A DNA stretch of 64,000 nucleotides from an uncultured Candidatus Rokubacteria bacterium (GTDB lineage: Bacteria > Methylomirabilota > Methylomirabilia > Rokubacteriales > CSP1-6): positions 336,256 to 400,255 of the forward strand of contig CAVXJS010000015.1 of NCBI GenBank assembly GCA_963762145.1, read 5' to 3'. Made by a program: the position numbers and the translations under genes. Positions 52,042 through 64,000 of this stretch are shown here, piece after piece. Numbering within the stretch: position 1 is the first letter of the stretch; the number at the start of each line of letters is the position of its first letter. Below the pieces are notes generated by a model, which was given only the letters and a program-made list of their open reading frames with translations, searched no databases and was not told the origin of the DNA.

Positions 52042-54430
52042 GCGGGGGCTCGAGCGCGCGCCGCTCCTGCCGCCCGCCGCCGCGTTCACCGCGGGCATCG
52101 CCGCCGCCGGGTGGCTGTCGCTCCCCGCGCCGCGAGTGCTGGCCGCCGCGGCCGCGCTCCTCCTGATCGCCCTGCTCGCGAGCCGCCGGCATCCGCGGGC
52201 GGCGCTGGCGCTGGTCCTGGCCGGCGTGACCCTGCTGGGTGCGCTGCGCGCGGCCGGGTCGCCCCTGCCCGCCGATCACCTGGCCCGGCGCGTGCTCGTC
52301 GGGACGCAGACCCTCGAGGGGCGACTCGCCGAGGAGCCGGTCCGCTGGACGCCCGATCGTACGCGGATCCTGCTCGACGTGGACGCGCTGCACGCGGGCC
52401 CGGAACGACTGCCCGCCGCGGGCCGCGTCCAGCTCACCGTCTACGGCGAGCTCGGTCTCCCGCTCGGCGCGGACCAGCGGGTGCTCGCGGACGCCCGGCT
52501 GCATCGGCCGGTCGGCTTCCGGAATCCCGGCGGCTTCGACTATCCGGCCCATCTGCGGCGCGAGGGCGTTCTCCTGGTCGGCCACGCGCGGGCGGACCGG
52601 ATCGTCGCGTTGACGCCGGACACCCCGCCGTGGCCGGTGGCGGTGAAGCGATGGGCGGTCGGCGTGATCGCCGCGCGGCTGCCCGAGACGTCGGCCCCGC
52701 TGCTGGCGGGCCTGCTGCTCGGTGAGCGCTCGGCGCTGCCGCGTGAGATCGACGCGGGCTTCCGGCGGGCCGGCGTCTACCACATCCTCGCGGTGTCGGG
52801 CTTCAACGTGGCGCTCCTGGCGGGCGCGGTGTTCGGCGCGCTGGGCCTGTGCGGCGTCCCGCGCCGCGGCGCCGCCGGGGTGGCCGCGGGCGTGCTGGTC
52901 GGGTTCGCGCTGGTCGTGGGCGGCCAGCCGTCCGTGCTGCGCGCCACCGTGATGGGATTGCTCCTGCTCGGGGCCCTGTTGCTCGACCGCGAATCCCAGC
53001 TTCCAAACGCCCTGGCCCTGGCCGGCCTCGGGCTCTTGCTCTGGCGGCCCGGCGATCTCTGGGAGCCCGGCTTCCAGCTCTCGTTCGCGGCCACCGCCGG
53101 CATCGTCCATCTCGGGCCGGCTGTCACCGCGGGCCTCGTCGCCCGCGGCGCGCCGGGCTGGCTCGCGGGGGCGGTGGCGGTGAGCCTGGGCGCGCAGGCC
53201 GCGGTCACGCCGCTCATGCTCGCGCACTTCAATCAACTCTCGCTGATCGGCGTGGTCGCCAACCTGCTCGTGGTGCCGCTCGCCGCGGTGGCGACGACCC
53301 TCGGGATGCTCGCGCTGCTGGTGGAGCTGGCCTCGAGCACGCTCGCCGCGCTGCTCTTCCACGCGCTCTGGATCGTCCTGATCGCGCTGCGCGCGGCCGT
53401 CTCGCTGGCCGCCGCCCTGCCCGCCGCGATGGTCCACCTGCCGTCCCCGTCGGCGACGATCGCGGTCGCCTGGTACGGCGCGCTCCTGCTCGCGCCCGGG
53501 ATCGCGGCGTCCCGTCGCGTCCGGCTCGTCGTGGGTGTCCTGGTGACCCTGGTCGCCGCGCTCTCGATCTGGCCGTGGCTCCGTCCGACCGAGTCCATGC
53601 TGCGCGTCACGTTCCTCGACGTCGGCCAGGGCGACGCGACGCTCATCGAGCTGCCGGAGGGGCCGCGGCTGCTCGTGGACGGCGGGCCCGGCGGCGCCCG
53701 CCACTTCGACGTGGGCGAGCGCGTGCTGGCGCCATTCCTCTGGAACCGGCCGCTGGCTCGGCTCGACGCGGTCGCGCTCACGCACTGGGATGCCGATCAC
53801 TCGGGCGGGCTGGCCGCCGTCCTCACCCATTTCCACGTCGGCGAGTTCTGGGAGAGCGGCCGCCCGCCCGGCGGCGCGCCGGAGACGGTCGCCGCGCTCG
53901 TGCGGTCGCGCGCGCCCCGCCGGGCGCTGGCCGCCGGCCAGCGTCTGTGGCTCGGGCCTGCGCTGATCACGGTGCTGGGGCCGGGACCGGATCCGGCCCA
54001 GAGCGCCAACGACCAGTCCCTGGTGCTGCGGCTCGACTGGCGGGGCGTCTCACTCCTGCTCGCGGGCGACCTGGGGGCGCGCGGCGAGACGGCGCTGCTC
54101 GAGCGCGCGGGCCCGGTGGCGGCGCTCGCGCTCAAGGTCGCCCATCACGGCAGCCGGTTCTCGTCCACCGCGCCGTTCCTCGAGCGGGCCCGCCCGCGGC
54201 TCGCGGTGATCTCGGTGGGCGCGCGCAATCCCTTCCGCCATCCGAGCGTGGAGGCGCTCGCCCGGCTGGAGGCGGTGGGCGCGCGCGTCTACCGCACCGA
54301 CCGCGACGGCGCGGTCATCCTGGAGACCGACGGGCGCGTCCTGCGGGTGACCGCGTGGGCCCGCGGCGTCCGCGAGACCTGGGAGCTCGACCCCGAACGG
54401 ACCCCGGAAGCACCACGGCCCCCGGGATGA
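52034..54430 (+). CDS. comEC: DNA internalisation competence protein ComEC/Rec2
   Basis: NPGGFDY, HILAVSGFNV, PSVLRA, GFQLSF, DVGQGD, THWDADHSGG, KVAHHGS, YRTDRDGAV. Confidence 0.95.
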   Translation: MSERGLERAPLLPPAAAFTAGIAAAGWLSLPAPRVLAAAAALLLIALLASRRHPRAALALVLAGVTLLGALRAAGSPLPADHLARRVLVGTQTLEGRLAEEPVRWTPDRTRILLDVDALHAGPERLPAAGRVQLTVYGELGLPLGADQRVLADARLHRPVGFRNPGGFDYPAHLRREGVLLVGHARADRIVALTPDTPPWPVAVKRWAVGVIAARLPETSAPLLAGLLLGERSALPREIDAGFRRAGVYHILAVSGFNVALLAGAVFGALGLCGVPRRGAAGVAAGVLVGFALVVGGQPSVLRATVMGLLLLGALLLDRESQLPNALALAGLGLLLWRPGDLWEPGFQLSFAATAGIVHLGPAVTAGLVARGAPGWLAGAVAVSLGAQAAVTPLMLAHFNQLSLIGVVANLLVVPLAAVATTLGMLALLVELASSTLAALLFHALWIVLIALRAAVSLAAALPAAMVHLPSPSATIAVAWYGALLLAPGIAASRRVRLVVGVLVTLVAALSIWPWLRPTESMLRVTFLDVGQGDATLIELPEGPRLLVDGGPGGARHFDVGERVLAPFLWNRPLARLDAVALTHWDADHSGGLAAVLTHFHVGEFWESGRPPGGAPETVAALVRSRAPRRALAAGQRLWLGPALITVLGPGPDPAQSANDQSLVLRLDWRGVSLLLAGDLGARGETALLERAGPVAALALKVAHHGSRFSSTAPFLERARPRLAVISVGARNPFRHPSVEALARLEAVGARVYRTDRDGAVILETDGRVLRVTAWARGVRETWELDPERTPEAPRPPG

Positions 54431-54470
54431 GCCGGAGGCCGTGGCGGACGCGCGGGAAGCGGGAGGCGGT

Positions 54471-55470
54471 CTAGGTCTCGAAGGCGCGCTCGTAGTGCGC
54501 GCGCAGCCGCTCCAGCTCTTCGGGATCGAGACGCATGCCGAGGGAGAGCCCCATCTCGCCCAGGATGGTCTTGATCTCGTTCAACGACTTCTTGCCGAAA
54601 TTCTTGGTCTTCAGCAGCTCCGACTCGGTCTTCTGCACGAGGTCCGCGATGGTGCGGATGTTCGCGGTCTTGAGGCAGTTGGACGCGCGCACCGACAGCT
54701 CGAGCTCGTCCACGTTGCGGAAGAGGTGCTCGTTGACCTCGCTCCGCGGCGCCGGCTCGCCCGCGACCGCCTCGGTCCCCTCGGCCTGCACCGGCGGCGT
54801 GGACGGGAAGTCGATCAGCAGCGCGAACTGGTCGTCGAGGATCCGCGAGGCGTCGGCCACCGCGGTCTCCGGCGTCACCGTCCCGTTGGTCCACACCTCC
54901 ATGATGAGCCGCTCCTGCCCGCCCTTCGGCTCCACGTGGAAGTTCACGCGCTTCACCGGCGAGAAGTCCGCGTCCATCATCATCGCGTTGATGGGCAGCG
55001 CCTCGGGCTCGCGCTTCTCCGCCGCCTGGTAGCCCCGCCCGCGCTCCACGCACACCTCCATCTCGAGGCTGCCGTCCTTGTCGAGCGTGGCCAGCGCCAC
55101 CTCCGGCGTCAGGATCTCCACGTCCGGATCGGGCTCGAAGTCCCGGGCGGTCACCGTCGCGGACCCCCTGGGCCTTCAGGCGGAGCAGCTTGGGGCGGTT
55201 GACGTGCAGCGTGAACACGAGCTTGCGCAGGTTCAGGATGATGTCGAGGGTGTCCTCGCGCATCCCGACCAGGTGCGAGAACTCGTGCAGCACCCCCTCG
55301 ATCTTGACCCAGGTGGGCGCGGCCCCCGTGATGGAGGACAGCAGCACCCGGCGATAGGCATTGCCCGCCGTCAGGGCGAACCCAGGCTCGAAGGGCTCGA
55401 TCGCGATCTTCCCGTAGGCGCGCTCCCGGGCGAGCCATTCGTGACGGACTGGAAGCACCAGCTCCTGCAT
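54471..55470 (-). CDS. rpoA: RNA polymerase alpha subunit homologue, divergent and stand-alone; one frameshift at the C5 run 55164-55168
   Basis: [37 protein letters not shown], alpha-[16 protein letters not shown]...[10 protein letters not shown]. Confidence 0.92.
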
Positions 55471-55516
55471 GGGTTTCCCTCCTCGGAATTCTGGGGCGGG
55501 TCGCCCCAGGCCGGTC

Positions 55517-55525
55517 ATTATACCA
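55517..55525 (-). promoter_or_regulatory. Extended -10 promoter of the rpoA homologue
   Basis: Minus strand TGGTATAAT (TGn-TATAAT), then an 8-bp leader hairpin (55491-55509) and a purine-rich SD. Confidence 0.65.
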
Positions 55526-55604
55526 GCAACTTCCGGGACCGCCACCCTTCCCCACCCCTCCGGTTTGACTGAGAATCCCAGTCCGGCCAGAATGAAGGCT
55601 CACC

Positions 55605-56671
55605 ATGATGGAACGTCCCCGATCGCTTCCGACATGGGGGGTTGGGCCCGGACGCCCCGGGCCGACCTGGCGGGCCGCCGTCGGCTTCGTGGTGGTCGTG
55701 GCCCTCCTCGCCCTGCTCCTCGAAGGCTGGTGGATCCTCAGCGTCCCGGCCCCGCTACGCGCCTCGGCCCGGGTCGTCGAGCTCCCCGCCCACAAGGGCG
55801 TCATCGAAGTGGCCGAGATCCTGGACGAAGCGGGCGTGATCCGGAGCCGGGTCGGCTTCATCATCCTGGCCCTGGCCCGGGGGAGCTTCCGAAGCCTCAA
55901 GGCCGGGGAGTACCAGATCCCCGCGGGCTCCAACACGGTGCGGGTGCTCGAGCAGATCGCGGGTGGCCAGGTCCTCCAGCACATGGTGATCTTCCGCGGA
56001 GGGCAGCACCCTGGGCGAGCTGGCGCGGCTGCTGCAGACCGAGCGGCTGGTGCCGGCCGAAGAGATCCTCCGGGTCGGCAAGGACCCCGTCTTCCTGAAG
56101 AACCTGGACATCCAGGCCGACTCGGTGGAAGGCTACCTCTTCCCGGACACCTACCAGTTCGTGAAGGGCATGACCCCGGAAGAGATCCTGGCCCGCATGG
56201 TGGCGCGGATGCGCGAGAAGATCTCGCCCGAGCTTCTTGCGGAAGCGCGCAGCCGCGACCTGAGCCTGCACCAGGTGCTGACGCTCGCCTCCATCATCGA
56301 GAAGGAGGCCGTCGAAACGAGCGAGATGCCGCTCATCTCCGCGGTGTTCTGGAATCGCATCCGGAAGAGACATGCCGCTGCAGGCGGATCCCACCGTGCA
56401 GTACGCCGTCGGCAAGGACCGCAAGCGGCTCACCCGCGAGGATCTCCAGGTGGACTCGCCGTACAACACGTACCGGCGCCAGGGTCTCCCGCCGGGCCCC
56501 ATCGCGAGCCCGGGCCGCGCGGCCATCACGGCGGCGGTGCGGCCGGCGCGCGTCGCCTACCTCTACTTCGTGTCGCTGGACGAGCGGTTCCACACGTTCT
56601 CCACCACCCTGGCCGATCACAACGCGGCGGTCGCCCGGTACCGCCTCGCGCGCGCTCGCCCGCCCACGTAG
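55605..56671 (+). CDS. mltG: Endolytic transglycosylase MltG; two frameshifts
   Basis: LKAGEY, EGYLFPDTY, TLASIIEKE, LQADPTV.Y, SPYNTY..GLPPGPI.SPG, YLYFV; upstream TTGACT-N17-CAGAAT. Confidence 0.92.
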
Positions 56672-56774
56672 CCGGCATTCGTAGCCGGTATTCAGCGGCC
56701 GGCGGGGTCGAGGGCGCCCTCCCTTCCGGGTGCGGTTGTCAGCGTGGGGGGTGGGTGCTATAAACGAGCGAGTC

Positions 56775-57525
56775 ATGGCCTCCGGCGAAGACTCCTCCAC
56801 CCTGTCCGTGCTACGCCCCGGCGCGTCCGCGGCGTCGCGCCGCGTGCTCGTGGAGGCGTTTCCCCCGGTTTATCGTGCGTCCCGCGCGCGTGGCGGGATG
56901 GCTGCTGCACGGGCTGTTCGATCTGCGGGTCGCGGGAGCGGAGCGGCTGCCCTCGTCCGGGCCGTTCATCCTGGCCGCCAACCACCACAACTATCTGGAC
57001 GGCGTCGTGCTGGGCGTGGCGGTGCCGCGGCCGATCTCGTTCGTCGTGATGCCGCGCGTGTTCCGGGCGACGCCGCTGCACCCGCCGTTTCACCGGCGCA
57101 TCGGCTCGATCCCGATGACGCTCGAGCGGCCGGATCCCGGCGCCATCAAGCGCGTGCTGCAGGTGCTCGAGGCGGGCCGCGTGGTGGGCATCTTCCCGGA
57201 GGGCCCGTTCAGCCAGGAAGGCCGGCTCGTGGGCGGGCCGGCCCGGGGCGGCGATGGTCGCGCTCCGCGCCGGCGTCCCGGTGGTGCCCGCGGCGATCGA
57301 GGGCACCTACGAGGCGCTCCGCGGGCGGCGCTTCTACCTGCCGCGGCGCCGGCCGCTCGCGGTGCGGTTCGGACGAGCCGATCCATTTCGGCCGGGCGCG
57401 CCTCGGGCCCATCGCGCGGATGGAGCGGGACGACGCCACCCGTCGCATCATGTCGCGAGATCGCCGCGCTCCTGCGCGTGCCGCCCGCCCCCGCGGCGGC
57501 CGCCGGCCGCGCGGGCGCCTCGTGA
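56775..57525 (+). CDS. Lysophospholipid acyltransferase (PlsC-like); frameshifted
   Basis: AANHHNYLD (NHxxxxD), GIFPEG, VPVVPAAI.GT. Confidence 0.82.
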
Positions 57526-58935
57526 CCGCCGCCGGCACGCCCCCGGGCAAGGCCTGGTCCGGGCGCTTCGCCGCAGGGGCCGATCCGGCCGCCGAGGCCT
57601 TCACCGCCTCCCTGTCCTTCGACCGCCGGCTCTGGCCCTACGATCTGGCGGGCAGCGCGGCGTGGGCGCGCGCGCTCGCGCGGGCCAAGCTGATCACCGA
57701 GGCGGAGCTCGAGAGCCTGCTCGCCGGGCCTCGACGGCGTCCGCGCGCGAGCTCGAGGGCGGCACCTTCCCGTTCCGGCGCGGAGCTCGAGGACATCCAC
57801 ATGAACGTGGAGCGGCGGCTCATCGAGGTGGCGGGGCCGGTCGGCGGCAAGCTGCACACCGGCCGCTCCCGGAACGATCAGATCGCCCTCGACGAGCGGC
57901 TCTATCTCCGCGACATCCTCGACCACGTGGACGCGGGACTGGTCGAGGTGGAGCGCGCGCTCGTGGCCCAGGCCGAGCGGCATCCCGAGGCGCCGATGCC
58001 CGGCTACACGCACCTGCAGCGCGCCCAGCCGGTGCTGCTCGCCCATCACCTGCTCGCCTACGTCTTGATGCTCGAGCGCGATCGCGCGCGCTTCCGCGAC
58101 GGCCGCGCGCGGGTCAACGTGATGCCGCTCGGCGCCGCCGCCCTCGCGGGCGCCGCCTTCGCCATCGACCGCGAGGCGCTCGCGCGCGATCTCGGGTTCA
58201 GCGCGCCCAGCCCCAACAGCATGGACGCGGTGGCCGATCGCGACTTCGTGCTGGAGTTCCTCGCCGCACGCCGCGATCCTCGGCATGCACTGCTCGCGGC
58301 TCGCCGCGGATCTCACCCTGTGGGCGACGTCCGAGTTCGGCTTCGTGGAGTTCTCGGACGCCTTCGCGACCGGCTCGTCCATCATGCCGCAGAAGAAGAA
58401 CCCCGACGTGGCCGAGCTGATCCGGGGCAAGACCGGCCGGCTCTACGGCAACCTCACCGCCGGGCTCACCGTCATGAAGGGGCTCCCCCTCACCTACAAC
58501 TCGGACATGCAGGAGGACAAGGAGCCGCTCTTCGACACGGTCGACACGCTCGAGGCGATCTTTCGCGTCCTGCCCCCGATGCTCGGCGCCGTGACCTTCC
58601 GGATCGACCGCATGCGGGACGCGGCGGGGGCGCACTACTCCACCGCCACCGACCTGGCGGACTATCTCGTCCGCCAGGGCCTGCCCTTCCGCGACGCGCA
58701 CGAGGTCGTCGGCCGCGCGGTGCGCCACGCCATCACGCGCGGCGTGGAGCTGGGCGACCTGCCGCTCGAGGAGCTGCGCGGGTTCTCACCGCTGATCGGG
58801 CGCGACGTCTACCCCGCGCTGACGGTGGAGGCCTCGCTGCGCGCGCGCGCGGTCATAGGCGGCACCGCGCCGGACGCGGTCCGGCGACAGCTCGAGCAGG
58901 TCCGGGCGCTGCTCGCGGGCGGGCCGGGCGCATGA
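57522..58935 (+). CDS. argH: Argininosuccinate lyase; frameshifted
   Basis: WSGRF, EDIHMNVE, KLHTGRSRNDQ, MPGYTHLQRAQP, TGSSIMPQKKNPD, PFRDAH. Confidence 0.95.
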
Positions 58936-60011
58936 GGGCGGGGGCGCGGGGCGCGCTGCTGCTCCTCCTGGCCGCGAGCGCGCTGGTCGCCTGCGGCAAG
59001 AAGGGGCCGCCGGTGGCGCCCGAGTACCGCGTGCCGCTGGGCCCCAGCGGCCTGCACGGCGCGGTGGACGAGCAGAGCGTGGTGGTGAGCTGGACCGGCC
59101 CCGACACCCGGGTAGACGGCACGCGCCTGCGCGCGATCGCGCTCTACAAGCTCTACCGGCGGGAAGAGGCCAACGGCGGAGAGCCCAAGTCGGCGATGCT
59201 CTCGTCCGGACGCGTCGTCGGCTACGACGAGATCGCGACGATCCGGACCGACGACCCCGCGCCCGCGACCGTGCAGGGCACCTCGGTCACGTGGGTGGAC
59301 CGGCGCGCGCTGGCGGTCGGCCGCCGCTACATCTACGTGGTCACCGCCGAGGACACCCTCGGGCGGAGCAGCGCGCCCTCCGAGCGCCTGGTGGTCCCGT
59401 ACCTGGCGGCCCCGAAGGCGCCCCGCGCGCTGAGCGCGGCGCCGGGCGACCGCCGCATCGGGCTGACCTGGCAGCCGCCCGCCGAGATGATGGACGGCTC
59501 CCCCGCGCCGGGCGATCTCCGCTACCTGGTGCTGCGGGGCGCGGGCGCGGAGGGCGCGCTCGCCGCGATCACGCCGAAGCCGCTCGAGGCCACCTCGTTC
59601 ACCGACGAGGGCCTGGAGAACGACACCGACTACCGTTACGCGGTACGCGCGGTGCGGGTGGATCCGGCGGTGACCGCCACCGGCGAGACCTCGGTCGCCG
59701 GTGGTCGTCGCGGCGGCGGACACCACGCCGCCCGTCGCGCCCGCCAACCTGCTCGCGGTGCCGTCCCCGGGCGCGGTGCGGCTGGCCTGGAACCCGAGCG
59801 GCTCACCGGACGTGGCGCTCTACGCGATCTATCGCGCGGGCGAGACCGGCGATTTCATGCGCATCGCGACGACGATGGCGATCGCGACCGTCTACCTGGA
59901 CCGCGACGTGCGGCCCGGCGCGACCTACCGCTACGCGGTCACCGCGATCGACCGGGCGCGCCGCCCGAACGAGAGCGCGCGCTCGAACGAGATCTCCGTC
60001 CGTCTCCCTAG
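58932..60011 (+). CDS. Lipoprotein with about three fibronectin type III domains; frameshift near 59700, 3' end uncertain
   Basis: Lipobox ACGKKGPP; repeated W..P, Y.(L/I)YR and Y.Y.V.A motifs. Confidence 0.8.
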   Translation: MRAGARGALLLLLAASALVACGKKGPPVAPEYRVPLGPSGLHGAVDEQSVVVSWTGPDTRVDGTRLRAIALYKLYRREEANGGEPKSAMLSSGRVVGYDEIATIRTDDPAPATVQGTSVTWVDRRALAVGRRYIYVVTAEDTLGRSSAPSERLVVPYLAAPKAPRALSAAPGDRRIGLTWQPPAEMMDGSPAPGDLRYLVLRGAGAEGALAAITPKPLEATSFTDEGLENDTDYRYAVRAVRVDPAVTATGETSVAGGRRGGGHHAARRARQPARGAVPGRGAAGLEPERLTGRGALRDLSRGRDRRFHAHRDDDGDRDRLPGPRRAARRDLPLRGHRDRPGAPPERERALERDLRPSP

Positions 60012-60147
60012 GCTCGGAGGGGGGCTGCCCCTGCCGACGGTCGTCGCGCGCCTGCGGCGCACTCCTCCCTGCCTCCCCCACCACAGATTGCGCGGGCGGA
60101 GCCCGCGCTCGAAGCGGCCCGTCTCAGCGCGGACGCCCGATTGGCCC
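60012..60147. repeat. Structured intergenic element between convergent genes
   Basis: GGAGGGGGG...CCTCCC/CCTCCCCC pairing, GCGC-ctgcg-GCGC and GCGCGGGC-gga-GCCCGCGC hairpins. Confidence 0.5.
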
Positions 60148-61409
60148 TCAGGCCTCGTTCTGCCAGACTTGTTCGGGGGCCTGACGGCGGCGCAGGAGGC
60201 GTGAGCGAGCCGTCGCGGCCGAGCATGACCTCGGGCGCCTGCGGATAGGAGTTGTAGTTGATCGTGGCCATCCCCGCGCAGTAGGCGCCCGCGCCGCCGA
60301 TCACCACCAGGTCCCCGATCGCGCGGCGCGGCCACCCAGCGGGGCGCCAGCGCCTCCGGATCGCCGGGGGCCGGCGTGAGGATGTCCCCCGACTCGCAGC
60401 ACGGCCCCACGAAGACCACCGCCTTCTGCTCGCGCCCGGCCGCGAGCACGTCGATCGGATGCTGGGCGCCGTACAGCGAGGGCCGCGTGATCTCGGGCAT
60501 GCCCGCGTCGAGCTTGGCGAAGCAGTAGCCCTCCGCGCCGGTATCCACCACGTCCACGCAGGAGGCCACGATCACCCCCGCGTTGGCGACGAGGAACGTG
60601 CCGGGCTCGATCTCGAGGTGGAAGCTCCGGCCCGAGCGGTCGTGGAATCCCTCGATCTCGCGGCGCACGTGCGCGCCCACGTCGGCCATGTCCACCGACG
60701 GCTCCTCCGGCATGCGGCCGACCTTGAAGCCGCCCCCCAGGTTGATGCTCGCCACCTCGGGCAGCTGGGCGGCCAGGTCGAGGGTCATCCGCGCGCAGCG
60801 CTTCCACACCTCCGGATCGGTGCCGGAGCCGACGTGCGAGTGCAGCCGCCGGATGCGGAGGTCGTAGCGCTTGGCGATCGCCTGGACCTCGCCCAGCGCC
60901 TCGTGCCAGATCCCGAAGCTCGAGGCGGGCCCGCCGGTGTTGGTGCGCTTGGTGGAGCCGGTGCCGAGCCCCGGATTCACCCGCACCGAGAGCTCGCGGC
61001 CGGGCGCGAGCCGCCCGAACTCCTCGAGCTGGTGCAGCGAGCACGCGTTGAAGAGCACCCCGCGCTCGACGTGCCGCGCGAGCGCGCGCGACGGCATCTG
61101 CGAGGTGAGCTGGATGCGCTCGGCCGCGAAGCCCGCCCGCAGCGCCCGCTCCACCTCGAAGTCGCTCGACGCGTCCACGTGCAGGCCCAGCTCGCGGAAG
61201 AGCGCGAGGATGCCGCGGCTGGGGTTGGCCTTCATCGCGTAGCGCACGGTGAGGCCGAACGGAGCCGGGAACGCGAGCGCCTGCCGCGCCGCCGTCTCGA
61301 GCGCGGCGTGGTCGTAGACGTAGCAGGGCGTGCCGAAGCGCTCGCGCACCAGGGCGGCGACATCGGCGGTGACGTGAGCGGTGCGGCCGTCGGCGCGGGG
61401 GCTTTCCAT
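60148..61409 (-). CDS. lysA: Diaminopimelate decarboxylase; 3' frameshifts
   Basis: [57 protein letters not shown]. Confidence 0.92.
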
Positions 61410-61519
61410 CCGCTGGAGTCTACCGCATCACGGCTGCCGCTTGAAGTGCTTCCGGCTCTGGTGTTAGAGTCAAGAAACTCTGCGTCCCACATCGCAGTGA
61501 GCAACGGAGGGACTCAACC

Positions 61520-62414
61520 ATGCGCGCGACATTCCAGGGATCGATCGTCGCCCTCGTGACCCCGTTCCGCGGCGGCAAGGTGGATGAGGCCAAGCTCCGG
61601 GAGCTGGTCGAGTGGCACGTGGCCAGCGGCACCGACGGCATCGTGCCCTGCGGCACCACCGGGGAGTCGCCCACCCTGAGCCACGACGAGCACAAGCGCG
61701 TGGTGGAGCTGGTCATCGAGACCGCGCGGGGGCGGGTGGCGGTCATCGCGGGGACCGGCTCCAACTCCACCTCGGAGGCGATCGACCTCACCACCCACGC
61801 CAAGAAGGCGGGGGCGACCGGCGCGCTGGTGGTCAATCCCTACTACAACAAGCCCACCCAGGAAGGGCTCTACCGGCATTTCCGGGCGGTGGCGGACGCG
61901 GTCGACATCCCGATCCTCGTCTACAACATCGCGGGCCGCACCGCGGTCAACGTGGAGACGGACACCCTGGCCCGCATCGTCGCGCGACTGCCCGAACGTG
62001 GTCGGCGTCAAGGAGGCCTCGGGCTCGCTCGACCAGATGACCCAGGTGATCCTGGCGTGCGGCCCCGACTTCTCGGTCCTCTCCGGCGACGACAACATCA
62101 CCCTGCCGCTCATGTCGGTCGGGGGCCGCGGCGTGATCTCGGTCATCGCCAACCTGGTGCCGCGCGAGACCGCCGAGATGACGCACGCCGCGCTGGCGGG
62201 CGACTGGAAGCAGGCCCGCGAGCTGCACCTCAAGCTCTTCCCGCTGTCGCGCGCGATGTTCATCGAGACCAATCCGATCCCGGTCAAGGAAGCGCTCGCC
62301 ATGATGGGCAAGCTGGCCGAGCCGGAGTTCCGGCTGCCGATGTGCCGGATGGGCGAGGCGAACCGGCCGCGGCTCCGCGCGGTCCTGGCCTCGCTCGGCC
62401 TCGTCAAGGGCTGA
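61520..62414 (+). CDS. dapA: 4-hydroxy-tetrahydrodipicolinate synthase; frameshift near 61985
   Basis: [55 protein letters not shown]. Confidence 0.96.
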
Positions 62415-62427
62415 TCCTCCGCCCGTC

Positions 62428-63230
<803 letters not shown>

Positions 63231-63234
<4 letters not shown>

Positions 63235-64000
63235 GGATCGTGCGCTTCCGGGCCGGCGGCAAGATCCGCTACGGCGTGCTCGAGGGCCAGCACATCGTGG
63301 AGTACGCGGGGACGCCCTACGGCAGCTTCAAGAAGGCGCGGAAGAAGTACCTGCTGAGCCAGGCGGTGCTGCTGGCCCCGGTGGTGCCCACGAAGATCGT
63401 GGGGGTGGGCCTCAACTACCGCGAGCACGCCGAGGAGATGAACGTGCAGGTCCCGGCGGAGCCCCAGTTCTTCTTCAAGCCGATCTCGGCCCTGTGCGGG
63501 CCCGACGATCCCATCGTCTTCCCGCCCCAGTCGCGGCGCCTCGACTACGAGGGCGAGCTCGCCATCGTCATCAAGAAGCGCTGCCACCACGTCCCGGCCG
63601 AGCGGGCCCGCGAGTTCGTGCTCGGCTACACGTGCCTCAACGACGTCACCGCCCGCGACCTCAACGTGCGCGACGGCCAGCCGACCCGCGCCAAGGCCTT
63701 CGACAGCTTCTGCCCGGTCGGGCCCCTGCATCGCCACCGACATCGATCCCAACGGCGTGGACCTCGAGACCTGGGTCAACGGCGAGCGGCGGCAGGCGTC
63801 CAACACCAAGCACCTGATCTGCCCGGTCGAGGACCTGGTGGCGCGCGTCGCCGCGATCATGACCCTCCTGCCCGGCGACGTCATCGCCACCGGCACCCCG
63901 TGCGGCGTCGGGCCCCTGCGGGCCGGCGACAAGGTCGAGGTACGCATCGAGGGCATCGGCGGTCTGAAGAACCCCGTCATCCGAATCCAGGAGAACCACG
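63231..64000 (+). CDS. Fumarylacetoacetate hydrolase family protein; frameshift near 63725, runs to the window end
   Basis: KIVGVGLNY..HA, FFKP, DYEGEL, GYTCLNDVTARD, KAFD, TLLPGDVIATGTP. Confidence 0.92.

Overview
Very GC-rich (~70% by eye) bacterial chromosomal segment. Gene content and style suggest Candidatus Rokubacteria/Methylomirabilota, but this is inference only. Many single-base frameshifts, several at homopolymers, interrupt housekeeping genes (gcvT, argH, dapA, dapB, lysA, mltG), which points to unpolished long-read assembly rather than real pseudogenes. From left to right: a minus-strand catabolic run (2-hydroxyacid dehydrogenase, DUF1445, pxpB, pxpC, class III aminotransferase, pxpA, lipoprotein, gcvT/H/PA); a block with four sigma-54 (-24/-12) promoters driving UdgX, a nucleotidyltransferase, a small coiled-coil protein and an NtrC-type activator plus a stand-alone His-phosphoacceptor protein; a convergent stressosome operon (rsbR-S-T, phosphatase, two hybrid kinases); peptide ABC, sugar ABC and TAXI-TRAP transporters; bamD-ltaE; bactofilin-M23; alaC-hom; an ECF sigma/anti-sigma/DUF3106 cassette preceded by a secreted heptad-repeat protein; lysC; comEA-comEC; a stand-alone, divergent RNA polymerase alpha-subunit gene; mltG, argH, lysA, dapA, dapB. 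No rRNA, tRNA, CRISPR array or transposase was recognised. The most notable items are the orphan rpoA with a shortened assembly loop but intact CTD, and the apparent stressosome to sigma-54 regulon.
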